The notes under the pieces were generated by a model that was given only the letters and a program-made list of their open reading frames with translations, did no database searches and had not been told where the DNA came from. The position numbers were made by a program, and so were the translations under genes. Shown here piece after piece: positions 32,236 to 50,118 of a stretch of 64,000 nucleotides of DNA. The DNA comes from Vulcanimicrobiota bacterium. Lineage in GTDB: Bacteria; Vulcanimicrobiota; Vulcanimicrobiia; Eremiobacterales; Eremiobacteraceae. The stretch is from NCBI GenBank assembly GCA_963805945.1, contig CAWDVP010000006.1, positions 192,001 through 256,000 on the forward strand. Reading direction: 5' to 3'. Position 1 is the stretch's first letter. Every line of letters starts with the position of its first letter.

Positions 32236-34336
32236 CTAACTCGCGGCAGCTTTGCCGGTGTTCTTAGCGACGATCTCTTCTTCGATCGATTTCGGGACCT
32301 GGGCGTAGTGCGCGAACTCCATCGTATAGGTCGCGCGGCCTTGCGTGCGGCTGCGCAGATCGGTCGCGTAGCCGAACATCTCCGCCAGCGGCACGAACGC
32401 GGTGATCTTCTGCGCGCCGCCGGCTCCGGCTTCCTGATGCTGCACCTTGCCGCGGCGCGCCGAGATATCGCCGATGACGTCGCCCATGTGCTGGTCCGGC
32501 GTCACGACTTCGACCGCCATGACCGGCTCTTTGATGATCGGGCCTGCCGCGCGATTGCCTTCCTTGAACGCCATCGAGCCGGCGATCTTGAACGCCATCT
32601 CGTTCGAGTCGACGTCGTGGTACGAGCCGTCGAACACGGTGGCCTTGAAGTCGAGCACCGGGTAGCCGGCGAGCACGCCCGCTTGCGCCGATTCGCGGAT
32701 GCCTTGCTCGATCGGTTTGATGAACTCTTTGGGGATCGAGCCGCCGACGATCTCGTTCTCGAACTGGACGCCGGAGCCCGGCGGCAGCGGTTCGAGGCGG
32801 ATCCAGCAGTCGCCGTACTGGCCTTTGCCGCCGGTCTGGCGGATGTAGCGGCCTTCCTTCTCGACGTGCGCGTGATGGTCTCTTTGTACGCGACCTGCGG
32901 CTTGCCGACATTCGCCACGACCTTAAACTCGCGGCGCAGCCGGTCGACGATGATGTCGAGGTGCAGCTCGCCCATGCCGGAGATGATCGTCTGGCCGGTC
33001 TCTTCGTCGGTCCGCATCTTGAAGGTGGGATCTTCTTCGGCCAGAGCTTGACGAGCGACTGGCCGAGCTTCTCCTGGTCGGCCTTCGTCTTCGGCTCGAT
33101 CGCTTGGCTGATGACCGGCTCCGGGAAGGTGATGTTCTCGAGCACGATCGGGTGCTTCTCATCGCACAGCGTGTCGCCGGTGCGTCGTGTTCTTCAGGCC
33201 CACCGCCGCGGCGATGTCGCCCGCCTCGACGCTGTCGACGTCTTCGCGATGGTTGGCGTGCATGCGCAGGATGCGGCCGATGCGCTCCTTGTTGCCCTTG
33301 TTCGAGTTGTAGACGTACGAGCCGGCTTTGAGCGTGCCCGAGTACGTCCGGAAGAAGGTGAGCTTGCCGACGAACGGGTCGGTCATGATCTTGAAGGCGA
33401 GCGCGGAGAAGTGCTCGTCGTCGCTGGGCTTGCGTTCGATGATCTTGTCCGGATGGTCGGGATCGAAGCCGGTGACGGCCTCGAGGTCGAGCGGCGAGGG
33501 CAGGTAGTCGACGATGGCGTCCAGCAGCGGCTGCACGCCCTTGTTCTTGAAGGCCGAACCGCACAGCACGGGGATCGCGATGCCCTTGATGGTGGCGGCG
33601 CGCAGCGCGTTGCGCAGCTCGTCGGCCGTGATCTCCTTGCCCTCGAGGTACTTGTGGGTGAGATGGTCGTCGGTCTCGGCGACCGCCTCGATCAGCTCGG
33701 AGCGGTATTGGTGGATCTGGTCTTTCATCTCGGGCGGCGCGTCCACTTCGGACATCGCCTTGCCGAGGTCATCGGTGTAGATCGGTCGCCTTCTCGGTGA
33801 GCAGGTCGACGAAGCCTTTGAACAGGTCCTCTTGCCCGATAGGCAGCTGGACGGGTAGCGCGCGCGCGCCGAGCCGTTCGCGGATCTTGTCGACCGCGTT
33901 ATAGAAGTCGGCGCCGGTGCGGTCCATCTTATTGATGAAGATGAGACGCGGCACTTTGTATTTGTTCGCCTGGCGCCAGACGGTCTCGCGTCTGCGGCTG
34001 CACCGCGGCGACCGCGTCGAACAGCGCGACGAGGCCGTCGAGCACCCGCATGGAGCGCTCGACCTCGACCGTAAAGTCCACGTGGCCGGGCGTATCAATA
34101 ATGTTGATGCGCGCGTCGCGCCAGGTGCACGTCGTCGCGGCGGACGTGATCGTGATGCCGCGCTCCTGCTCTTGCTCCATCCAGTCCATCGTCGCCGCGC
34201 CTTCGTGCACTTCGCCCATCTTGTGGGTGCGGCCGGTATAGAAAAGGATGCGCTCCGTCGTCGTCGTCTTGCCGGCGTCGATGTGGGCTGCGATGCCGAT
34301 GTTGCGCGTGTTCGCGAGCGTGTATTGTCTGGCCAT
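32236..34336 (-). CDS. fusA: Elongation factor G; about five apparent frameshifts (likely sequence error)
   Basis: [54 protein letters not shown] spread across successive frames. Confidence 0.97.
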
Positions 34337-34343
34337 CGGAGCA

Positions 34344-34814
34344 TTACCAGCGGTAATGGGCGAACGCTTTGTTCGCCTCGGCCATGCGGTGCGTGTCCTC
34401 GCGCTTCTTGATCGCCTGGCCTTGGTTGCCTGCGGCGTCCATGATCTCGGCGGCGAGCTTGTCCGCCATCGTGCGGCCTGGGCGCGAACGCGAATATTGG
34501 ATGAGCCAGCGCATGCCCATCGCCTGGCGGCGATCCGGGCGGACCTCCATCGGCACCTGATAGGTCGCACCGCCGACGCGCCGCGGCCGCACTTCGATGA
34601 GCGGCATCACGTTGTTGAGCGCCTGGGTGAAGACTTCCATCGGGTCCTTGCTGGTCTTGCTGCCGACGATGTCGAGCGCTCCATAGACGATGCCTTCCGC
34701 GGTGGCTTTCTTTCCGCAGAGCATGATCTTGTTGATGAAGCGCGCCATGGTCCGCGAGTTGAAGCGCGGGTCGGGCAGCACTTGGCGCTTGGGCGCCGGT
34801 CCTTTACGCGGCAT
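34344..34814 (-). CDS. rpsG: 30S ribosomal protein S7
   Basis: [24 protein letters not shown]. Confidence 0.99.
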   Translation of the reverse strand: MPRKGPAPKRQVLPDPRFNSRTMARFINKIMLCGKKATAEGIVYGALDIVGSKTSKDPMEVFTQALNNVMPLIEVRPRRVGGATYQVPMEVRPDRRQAMGMRWLIQYSRSRPGRTMADKLAAEIMDAAGNQGQAIKKREDTHRMAEANKAFAHYRW

Positions 34815-34827
34815 ATCTTCCTTTAGA

Positions 34828-35265
34828 TCACTTCGGGCGCTTCGCGCCGTACTTCGAACGAGATTGCTTCCGGTTCTGCACGCCTTGCGTGTCGAGCGTG
34901 CCGCGGATGATGTGGTAGCGGATGCCCGGCAGATCTTTCACCTTGCCGCCGCGCACGAGCACCACCGAATGCTCCTGCAGATTGTGGCCGATGCCGGGGA
35001 TGTAGGCCGTCACTTCGATGCCGTTGGTGAGCCGCACGCGCGCGACTTTGCGCAGCGCTGAGTTCGGCTTCTTCGGCGTGATCGTCTTGACTTGGGTGCA
35101 GACCCCACGGCGCTGGGGGTTGCCCTTCTTTATATGCGTGGATCGCTGCGGCAGGTCGGGGTGGCCGGGCTTGGCGCCGGTCTGCGACACCAGGAACGCC
35201 GGCGACTTCGACTTCTTCTTGACCTTTTCGCGACCGCTGCGGACCAACTGGCTGATTGTCGGCAA
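34828..35265 (-). CDS. rpsL: 30S ribosomal protein S12 with a long N-proximal insertion
   Basis: TTG start (M)[24 protein letters not shown]. Confidence 0.98.
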   Translation of the reverse strand: MPTISQLVRSGREKVKKKSKSPAFLVSQTGAKPGHPDLPQRSTHIKKGNPQRRGVCTQVKTITPKKPNSALRKVARVRLTNGIEVTAYIPGIGHNLQEHSVVLVRGGKVKDLPGIRYHIIRGTLDTQGVQNRKQSRSKYGAKRPK

Positions 35266-35467
35266 GACGACCCTCATCTGACAGAAAGCAAAAAGACAAC
35301 GTGCGCGCCGCGCAGCTGTCTCTCCCTGGGGTGTCCCGCCTAGGATCCTAAGGTGTGTCGATCGGTGGGGAGCAAACCTCCGGGGATTTTCCACCGGCAG
35401 CCGCCTGGGCGGCTGGGCCGGTCGGAATAGTACGGGCGCCTATGAGGGACACCCGCCCAACCAACGT

Positions 35468-35496
35468 ATTTTACCAAACGGTACGCCCCCGGTCAA
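35468..35496 (-). promoter_or_regulatory. Sigma70-type promoter of the rpsL (str) operon
   Basis: TTGACC-17 bp-TAAAAT with extended TG. Confidence 0.75.
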
Positions 35497-35600
35497 GCCA
35501 GACCGGCCGGATTGGTCTAGAACCCAGTTGCCGATAGTATCCGCATGGGCTGCCATGCCCGTCCCGGAGCCTATTCCCCCTTGCCGTTCAGGAGAATCCG

Positions 35601-36568
35601 ATGAAACGTCTCACCCTTCTGGCGCTCGCGTTGCTGGCCGTTGGCTGCAGCGCCAGCAACACCTCAAGCCCGGCGACCCCGACGCCCAGCAGATCTACGC
35701 GGGCAACGTGGGCAACAATTCGATCTCCGTCTTCGCCGCCGGCTCGAACGGCAACGTCGCGCCGACGTCGACCATCACCGGCGCTGCGACGCTCATCAAC
35801 CAGCCGTATTACCTGTGGGTCGACTCGAGTGGAAAGATCTGGTCGTCGAACTGGACCGGCGGCGCAGCTGGGTCGGTGACCGCGTACAGCGCGGGATCCA
35901 CCGGCAACGCCGCGCCCGTCGTGGACCTCACCGGCGCCGCGACCAACCTCGTCGGGCCATGCGGCATCTACGTCGACTCGACCGGCAAACTCTATGTCGC
36001 CAATTGCAGCAACGCCAGCGTCGCGGTGTTCGCTCCGGGAGCCACCGGTAACGTCGCGCCCGTTCAGTTCATCCAAGGCGCGACGTCGAACTTGAGCTTC
36101 CCTGAAGGCCTCGCCGTGGACACCGCCGGCAACATCTGGGTGGGCGATTGCGGGGCGGCCGGTCATGAGGCCATCTATAAGTGGCCCAATAACGCCACCG
36201 GCAACGTGGCGCCGTCCACGACGATCACGTACGCGCCGATGACGTGCGTCGACGGCGTCGCGGTCGATGGCGCCGGCCGGGTCTACGCCGCGCAGGAGTC
36301 GGGCGGCGCACCGGGCGCCGACGCGATCTATGTCTTCGCCAGCGGCGCGAGCGGCCTGACCACCCCCGTCCAGATCATCCAGGGCGTCAACACGAAGCTC
36401 AACGTCCCCTACAGCGTGCAACTCGACAACGCAGGCAACATCTGGGTGGGCAACGCCGACAACGTCGAGATGTTCCCGGGCAACGCGACGGGCAACGTGG
36501 CGCCGACCGTGTTCATCCAGGGCGCGAACACGTTGGTCAATGAGCCGTGGGGCGTGGCGCTGCACTAA
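35601..36568 (+). CDS. Lipoprotein with NHL/SMP-30-like six-blade beta-propeller; apparent frameshift near 35690
   Basis: AGGAG RBS, MKRLTLLALALLAVGC lipobox in one frame; six (G/N)xxGNVAP...I.G repeats in the other. Confidence 0.75.
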
Positions 36569-36578
36569 AGACAACGGC

Positions 36579-36632
36579 CGGTCGAGAAAACTCGACCGCT
36601 CCACACACAAGGGCCGGCACATGCCGGCCCTT
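36579..36632. repeat. Family B REP plus a second hairpin between convergent genes
   Basis: CGGTCGAGAAAACTCGACCGCTCCAC; AAGGGCCGGCACATGCCGGCCCTT. Confidence 0.75.
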
Positions 36633-36641
36633 CTTTCCACC

Positions 36642-37311
36642 CTACGTCGCCACCGCCAGCATACCGATCAAGTCCGCCAGCGCTTTGATGATCACGTCCG
36701 GCGCGACGAGCTTGCGTCGGATACGGCTTGTCCTCGAGGTCCGCCCAGCACGCCACCATGCCGGCGGCTTTCGCGCCCACGACGTCGGTCGCCGGCTCGT
36801 CGCCGACGTACATCGTAGTCTCGATCTTCATCCCCAATCGCGCGGCTGCCACCTCGAATGCACGCGGGTCCGGCTTGAAGAACCCGATCTCTTCGGACAC
36901 CACGACCGAGCCGGTGAAGCCGATGAGATCCGCCTTGAGGTACTGCAGTTCGGTCCAGCCGTTGGTGAGGATGCCGACCGGCACGTCGCGCTCGCGCAGC
37001 TCGCGCAGCATCGCCTCTGCGCCTTTCATCGGCGTGACGCGCCGCGGCGCTTCTTGCAGCGCTGCAAGACGGAAGGTGGCCGGGATCTCGCCGAGCTTCG
37101 ACTCAGGACAGCCCCAGGCGCGGAACGATTCGATGAGCGCGTCGTTCAGCCGGACTTCGCCGGAGCGGAACAGCGCGAGCGCCGTGGCGATCGCGGCCGC
37201 CGAGGGCGGCGTCGGGCACGTCTCTTTCGCGAGCTCCGTGAGCACGTCAAGTTCGAGATGGCGGTCGAAGCCCAGCGTGTGGTCGAAATCGAACATGACG
37301 GCCGAGATCAT
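36642..37311 (-). CDS. HAD-IA family hydrolase; apparent frameshift near 36715
   Basis: FDFDHTL, ILTNG, KPDPRAF, YVGDEPATDVVGAKAAGM; the other frame gives APDVIIKALADL...TAG at 36642. Confidence 0.85.
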
Positions 37312-37369
37312 GGCCTCGGCTTACGAGAAGGCCGCGGCGCGACCTTCAAGCCGCGCTTCACGGAAGACA

Positions 37370-37399
37370 TAGGGGCCGATCTAAAGATCGGCCCCTACA
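37370..37399. repeat. Family A REP downstream of rpoC (possible terminator)
   Basis: TAGGGGCCGATCTAAAGATCGGCCCCTACA. Confidence 0.85.
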
Positions 37400-37429
37400 T
37401 CAGGCCGCGTCGAGTTAGCGAGCCGTCGG

Positions 37430-41490
<4,061 letters not shown>

Positions 41491-41506
41491 ATACACCGTC
41501 TAAAGT

Positions 41507-45354
<3,848 letters not shown>

Positions 45355-45394
45355 CAGTTGTGGCTTACACCTTTAGCGCTGCGCGACCTAATAC

Positions 45395-45457
45395 GGAGCG
45401 GTCGATGGCGCTCGACCGTTTTTCTTGTTCTGTAGGGGTCGATCTTCAGATCGACCC
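45395..45457 (+). repeat. One family B and one family A REP in the rpoB leader
   Basis: GGAGCGGTCGATGGCGCTCGACCG (45395-45418) and GTAGGGGTCGATCTTCAGATCGACCC (45432-45457). Confidence 0.8.
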
Positions 45458-45588
45458 GCGCGTGTGGTCGTGGTTCCTCGGGGATTAAAAAGACGACTTG
45501 CTCCGGCCACCGGTGGTCTGCTTCGCGAGGCTGCTTCTCGCTTGGTCCAACCGGTCGGCGCAATCGTCCCAATGTGACACAGACATGT

Positions 45589-45616
45589 ATTATATCACAA
45601 GCTGGACGCTTGTCAA
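45589..45616 (-). promoter_or_regulatory. Consensus sigma70 promoter of rpoBC
   Basis: TTGACA-16 bp-TATAAT with extended TG. Confidence 0.8.
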
Positions 45617-45650
45617 ACGGGACAGGGCGCGGGCCGATTCGCGACCCGGT

Positions 45651-47384
45651 CTAATCGGCTCCGGCGGGCGCCGGCACCAGCATCTGCTTCTCGTACAGGG
45701 ACGCGTACAGGCCGTGCCTCTGGAGCAGCTGGTCGTGCGTCCCGTTCTCCACGATCCGCCCCTCGTCCAGGACGAGGATGGTCGTGGCGCGCCGGATCGT
45801 CGAGAGCCGGTGGGCGATGACGAAGGTCGTCCGCCCCACCAGCAGATGGTCCAAGGCCTCGCCGATGAGCGCCTCGGCGTGCGCATCTAATGAAGAGGTC
45901 GCCTCGTCCAGGATCAGGATGCGCGGGTCGCGCAGGATGGCGCGGGCGATCGCCACCCGCTGGCGCTCGCCGCCGGAAAGCCGCATGCCGCGCGACCCGA
46001 CGAGCGTGTCGTAGCCCTCGGGCATCTTCACGATGAAGTCGTGGGCGTTGGCCAGGCGCGCCACCTCCTCGATCTCCGCCTGGGTCGCATCGAGCTTGGC
46101 GTAGCGGATGTTCTCGGCGATGGTGTCGGAGAAGAGCTGCGGATCCTGCGGCACGATAGCGATCGCGCCGCGCAGCGAACTCAAGGTGACCCCGGAGATG
46201 TCGTGGCCGTCCACCAACACCGCGCCGCTCGTCGGCTCGTAGAATCGCGGCACGAGATTCACCAGCGTCGTCTTACCGGCGCCTGACGGCCCGACGAGCG
46301 CGACGATCTCGCCCGGCTCGACCTTCGCCGAGATGCCCTTGAGCACGTCGTGGATGCCGTCGTAGGCGAAGCGCACGTCCTTGAACTCGACCGCGCCGTG
46401 CACGTCGGTGAGCACGGTCTTGTCCGGCTCTTCCGCCGCCTCGACCGGCAGGTCCAGCACCTCGAACACGCGCGTCGCCGCGGCATACGCTTTGTTGAGG
46501 TCGCCGATGTAGTTCGACAGCTGCGAGATCGGGTTGGCGACCGTCATGGCGACGGTGAAGAACATGAAGAACTGCGTGTAGCTGAGCCGCCCGATCACCA
46601 CCTGGTACAGTGAGAACGCGGCCAAGGCGAGCACGCCCACCATGATCACGAAATCGATGACCGGCGTCTGGGTGAGCGAGACCTGCGCGACCTTCATCGA
46701 GGCGCCGTAGTTCGCGGCGTTGCGCTCCGAGAAGCGCTCGATCTCGTACGGCTCGCGCGTGAAGGCCTTGATGATGCGCATCGACTCGAGCGATTCCTGG
46801 AGCGTCGAATTGAGGTCCGACACACGCCCGAGCGCGCTCGTCGTCACGCGTCGCAGCAGGGTCGAGAAGCGGTAGACGACCCACGACACGAGCGGCGCGA
46901 CCGCCATCGTCACCAGCGTGAGCTGCCAGTTGAGGTAGAACATGACGATGAGGCCGGCGAGCAGCGTGAGCGCGGCGCTCGCGAAAAGCGGCAGCGCGGA
47001 CACGCCGACGACGAGGATCAGCATGTCGTTGGAGAAGCGCGACAGGATGTCGCCGCCGCGCCACTTCTCGAAGGTGGGCAGCGTGAGGTATTGCACGCGC
47101 TTGAAGAGGTCGCCGCGCAGGATGGTGACGACTTGCTGGCCGACCGAGGTGAGGGTGTAGCCGCCGAAGTACTGCGACGCGTTCTTGATCACGTTGAGTC
47201 CGAGCGCCGCGGCCAGCGCGATCGCCAGCCCTTGCGCGCTCTTGTCGGACACCGCGTTCACGAGCAGCTTCACCGCGCCGGCGTAGCCCACGGTCGCGAG
47301 CGATGCGAGCGCGGTGAGCAGCAGGCCGCCGATCATCGGCGCGAGGAACGGCCGCACGTAGGCGAACAGGCGCTTATAACCCAT
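45651..47384 (-). CDS. ABC exporter, fused TMD-NBD (MsbA-like)
   Basis: Six TM segments, GPSGAGKTT, LSGGERQR, ILDEATS, IAHRLST. Confidence 0.93.
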   Translation of the reverse strand: MGYKRLFAYVRPFLAPMIGGLLLTALASLATVGYAGAVKLLVNAVSDKSAQGLAIALAAALGLNVIKNASQYFGGYTLTSVGQQVVTILRGDLFKRVQYLTLPTFEKWRGGDILSRFSNDMLILVVGVSALPLFASAALTLLAGLIVMFYLNWQLTLVTMAVAPLVSWVVYRFSTLLRRVTTSALGRVSDLNSTLQESLESMRIIKAFTREPYEIERFSERNAANYGASMKVAQVSLTQTPVIDFVIMVGVLALAAFSLYQVVIGRLSYTQFFMFFTVAMTVANPISQLSNYIGDLNKAYAAATRVFEVLDLPVEAAEEPDKTVLTDVHGAVEFKDVRFAYDGIHDVLKGISAKVEPGEIVALVGPSGAGKTTLVNLVPRFYEPTSGAVLVDGHDISGVTLSSLRGAIAIVPQDPQLFSDTIAENIRYAKLDATQAEIEEVARLANAHDFIVKMPEGYDTLVGSRGMRLSGGERQRVAIARAILRDPRILILDEATSSLDAHAEALIGEALDHLLVGRTTFVIAHRLSTIRRATTILVLDEGRIVENGTHDQLLQRHGLYASLYEKQMLVPAPAGAD

Positions 47385-47508
47385 CGAATACCACGTTTCA
47401 GTCCCTAGGGTGGCCCGCCCTTGTCGCAGCGCGTTGAAACATTGCGCTGCCGCCGCCGGTAGCCATCGACGTCGGTCCGCAGACGCAGAAGCGATCAGGA
47501 GGCGAGCT

Positions 47509-48089
47509 ATGGGTTGCTATTACCATCCGAAATTGCCCACCGCGGTGCTGTGCCGCGATTGCCAGCGCGAGATCTGCTCGAGCTGCTCCGAAGGCAGGCG
47601 TGTGCCCGGGTTGCCGGCTCGGCCGCGCGATGAAGACGATGTCGTCGCAGATGCCGGCCAAGCCGTCGCCGCAGACGCAGGCCTATCGTCAGACAGCGGT
47701 GCAGGACAGACCCGCGCCGAGCGCGGCCGCCGCTCACGGTCGCGGCTGCTGACGAGACCAAGCCGAGCAGCGAAGAGCGTGTGCTCGCGGCGCTGTGCTA
47801 TCCGCTATGGCCGCTCGCGTTGCTGCTGCTGCTTCTGCCCGCCGCGCACGGCAAGTTCGTGCGCTTCCACGTGTTGCAGTCGCTCGGCGTCAACGCGCTC
47901 GGCGTCGCGCTTTATGCGGTGTACGCGCTTTCGGCCGGCCTGCCGGTCGTCGGCTGGCAGAGCGCCTTCGCGCTGCCGCTGCTGGTGCCGCTGTGGATGC
48001 TCGGCGATCTGTACTTGGCGATCCGCGCCGCGGTCGGCGAATCGCCGCGCGTGCCTTTCGCGGCGGACCTGGCCTCGAAGTTCGGCTAA
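47509..48089 (+). CDS. B-box-like zinc finger probably fused to a DUF4870/Tic20-like membrane domain; apparent frameshifts
   Basis: AGGAGG RBS, MGCYYHP...CRDCQREICSSC, then LAALCYPLW...FVRFHVLQSL in another frame. Confidence 0.65.
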
Positions 48090-48105
48090 GCCTCGCCGGG
48101 GGACA

Positions 48106-49514
48106 TCAGGTCCTGGCGCGGTTGAACTCGCGATAGCGGACGAGGAACTCGCGCGCGGCCTTGCTCGTGCTCGACGATCGGCTGCGGGTATTGTTGCGGC
48201 GTGAAGAAATTCAGCTCGATCTGATGCTGTTTGTCCATGCGCCAGGGCGCGAGCGCCGCGGCGGTCGGCAGTTTCCGCAGCTCCGGGATCCAGCGGCGCA
48301 CGTAGACCGCTTGCGCGTCGAACTGGCGCGCCTGCTTCTCGGGATTGTAGATGCGCGGATACGCCGCCTGATCGGAGCCGACGCCCGCCAGCCATTGCCA
48401 GTTGCCGTCGCACAGCGCCTCGTCGGCGGCGAGGTGCTCGCGCATCCAGGCGCTGCGCCCGAGCCGCCAATCCAAGCCGAGATCGAAACAGCAGAACGAA
48501 GCGGCGACGATCGCGGCGCGCTGATGCACGAGCCCTTGTTCGCGCAGCTGCCGCATCGCGGCATCCACGAGCGGATACCCGGTCCGGCCTTCGAGCCACG
48601 CCTGCAGCGCGGCCGCGTCGCTCGACCATGCGAAGCTGCGCATCTTCTCCTGAAGCGCCTCGTCGTGGACCTCCGGCACGTAGAAGGCGAGCTGGGTGAA
48701 GAAATCCCGCAGCGCGAGCTGGCGCAGGAACATCGCCATCGAGCTGCGCTCTTGCGCGAGCGTCCATGAGAACGCGCTGCGGCGCGCGATCGCATGATAG
48801 ACGGTGCGCGGACTGATGCAGCCGAAGCGCAGGTACGGCGCCAGGTTCGAGGTCCCATCGCGGGCCGGGTACGCGCCGCTCGTGGCGTAGTCAGCAGCAC
48901 GCGCGGTCGTGAACTTCTCGAGCGCGGCGAGTGCGGGCGCTTCGCCGGGCTGGACCGCGAACGACTCGTCGTACGCCGGAAACGCCCCCGGCTGATCGTC
49001 GCGCCCGGTCGGCGGCGAATCGCCGGACGGCACCGCGACCTCGAGCGTCTGCCACGCCGCCGCGAACGGCGGAAATACCCGATAACCTTCCCCCGCCGAT
49101 TGCTTGCGCTCGGCGACCGCCTCGGGTTCGTGGACGACGTCGCCCTTGTGCCCGTGCCACGCCACCCCGGCCGAACGCAGCGCCTGCGCCACCGCTTCTT
49201 CTACGGCGCGCTCGCTGCGCGCGTACGAGCGCGAGGAGTGCACCGTCGTCGCACCGAGCCGGCGCGCGGCCTCGACGAGCGCGCTGCTCGGCGGCCCGGA
49301 CAGCAAGCGAGAGCGTCGCATCGCTTTTGGCGAGCGTCGCCCGCAGCGCGCTCAGGCAGCCCAGCGCGAAAGCGCGCTGACGGGCGCTCAGACGCTCCAA
49401 CTCGTCCAGGCAGAACACCGCGTAGACCGGACCGCCGGCGGCGCACGCCGCGTGCAGCCCGACGTTGTCGCCGAGGCGCAGATCGCGGCGGAACCAGAAC
49501 AGCGTTGCGCTCAT
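48106..49514 (-). CDS. Photolyase/cryptochrome family protein with divergent active site; apparent frameshifts near 49305 and 48160
   Basis: LFWFRRDLRLGDN, TSNLAPYLRFGCISPR, GRTGYPLVDAAMRQL, DWRLG, GNWQW, RIYNP. Confidence 0.9.
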
Positions 49515-49535
49515 CCGCTCACCTCATCCCAAGAC

Positions 49536-49573
49536 AAAACGCGCCGACCGGCGATGCACCGGCGGCGCGTTTT
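49536..49573. terminator. Rho-independent terminator (bidirectional form) after the cytochrome c gene
   Basis: AAAACGCGCCG-ACCGG...CCGG-CGGCGCGTTTT. Confidence 0.65.
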
Positions 49574-49593
49574 CGGACGAAGCGATGGTCGCG

Positions 49594-50070
49594 TTATTTC
49601 AGCGAGGCGACGTACGCGGCGATATCCGCCACCTGCTGCTTGGTCAGGTGCAGGTCCGGCATGCCCGAATCTTTGTCGACGGCTTGCGGGTGTTCTTCCA
49701 TCTCCGCGACTTGGCCCGCTTTCAGGCCGACGCCGGCGAGGCTCGGTCCGACCGTGCCGTTCTTGCCGCCCGCCCCGTGACAGCTCTCGCAGTTGGCGGC
49801 GAAGAGCTTCGCGCCGGAGGCGACGTTGCCCGCGGCGACGGGCTCGCTCGGCAGTTTGGCGAGCGGGATCGGCAGAGCGGCGGCTTTCATGGCGCCCGGC
49901 ATCGCCGAGGCGGCGGCCATCGCATTCGAGGCGGCGGTCGCGACGGCAGCGGCGGTCGCCGCGGTGTTCGCGGCGGTGTTCGACGACCCCGAATTATCGC
50001 TCTTCGAGCAGGCCACCGTGAGCGCGGCGCATGCCGCGATCGCGATGATCAATGATGCAACCTTCTTCAC
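49594..50070 (-). CDS. Lipoprotein class I cytochrome c
   Basis: Lipobox LTVAC, Ala-rich linker, CESCH, GPSLAGV, distal Met in GMP. Confidence 0.9.
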   Translation of the reverse strand: MKKVASLIIAIAACAALTVACSKSDNSGSSNTAANTAATAAAVATAASNAMAAASAMPGAMKAAALPIPLAKLPSEPVAAGNVASGAKLFAANCESCHGAGGKNGTVGPSLAGVGLKAGQVAEMEEHPQAVDKDSGMPDLHLTKQQVADIAAYVASLK

Positions 50071-50118
50071 GGGAACGGCTCCTCTCTGAAGGGTTCGGCT
50101 GATGACTTCGCCCCGACC

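Noticed and set aside
34828..35265. Streptomycin-resistance allele of rpsL
   Set aside because: Lysines equivalent to K42 (PKKPN) and K87 (VKDLP) are intact
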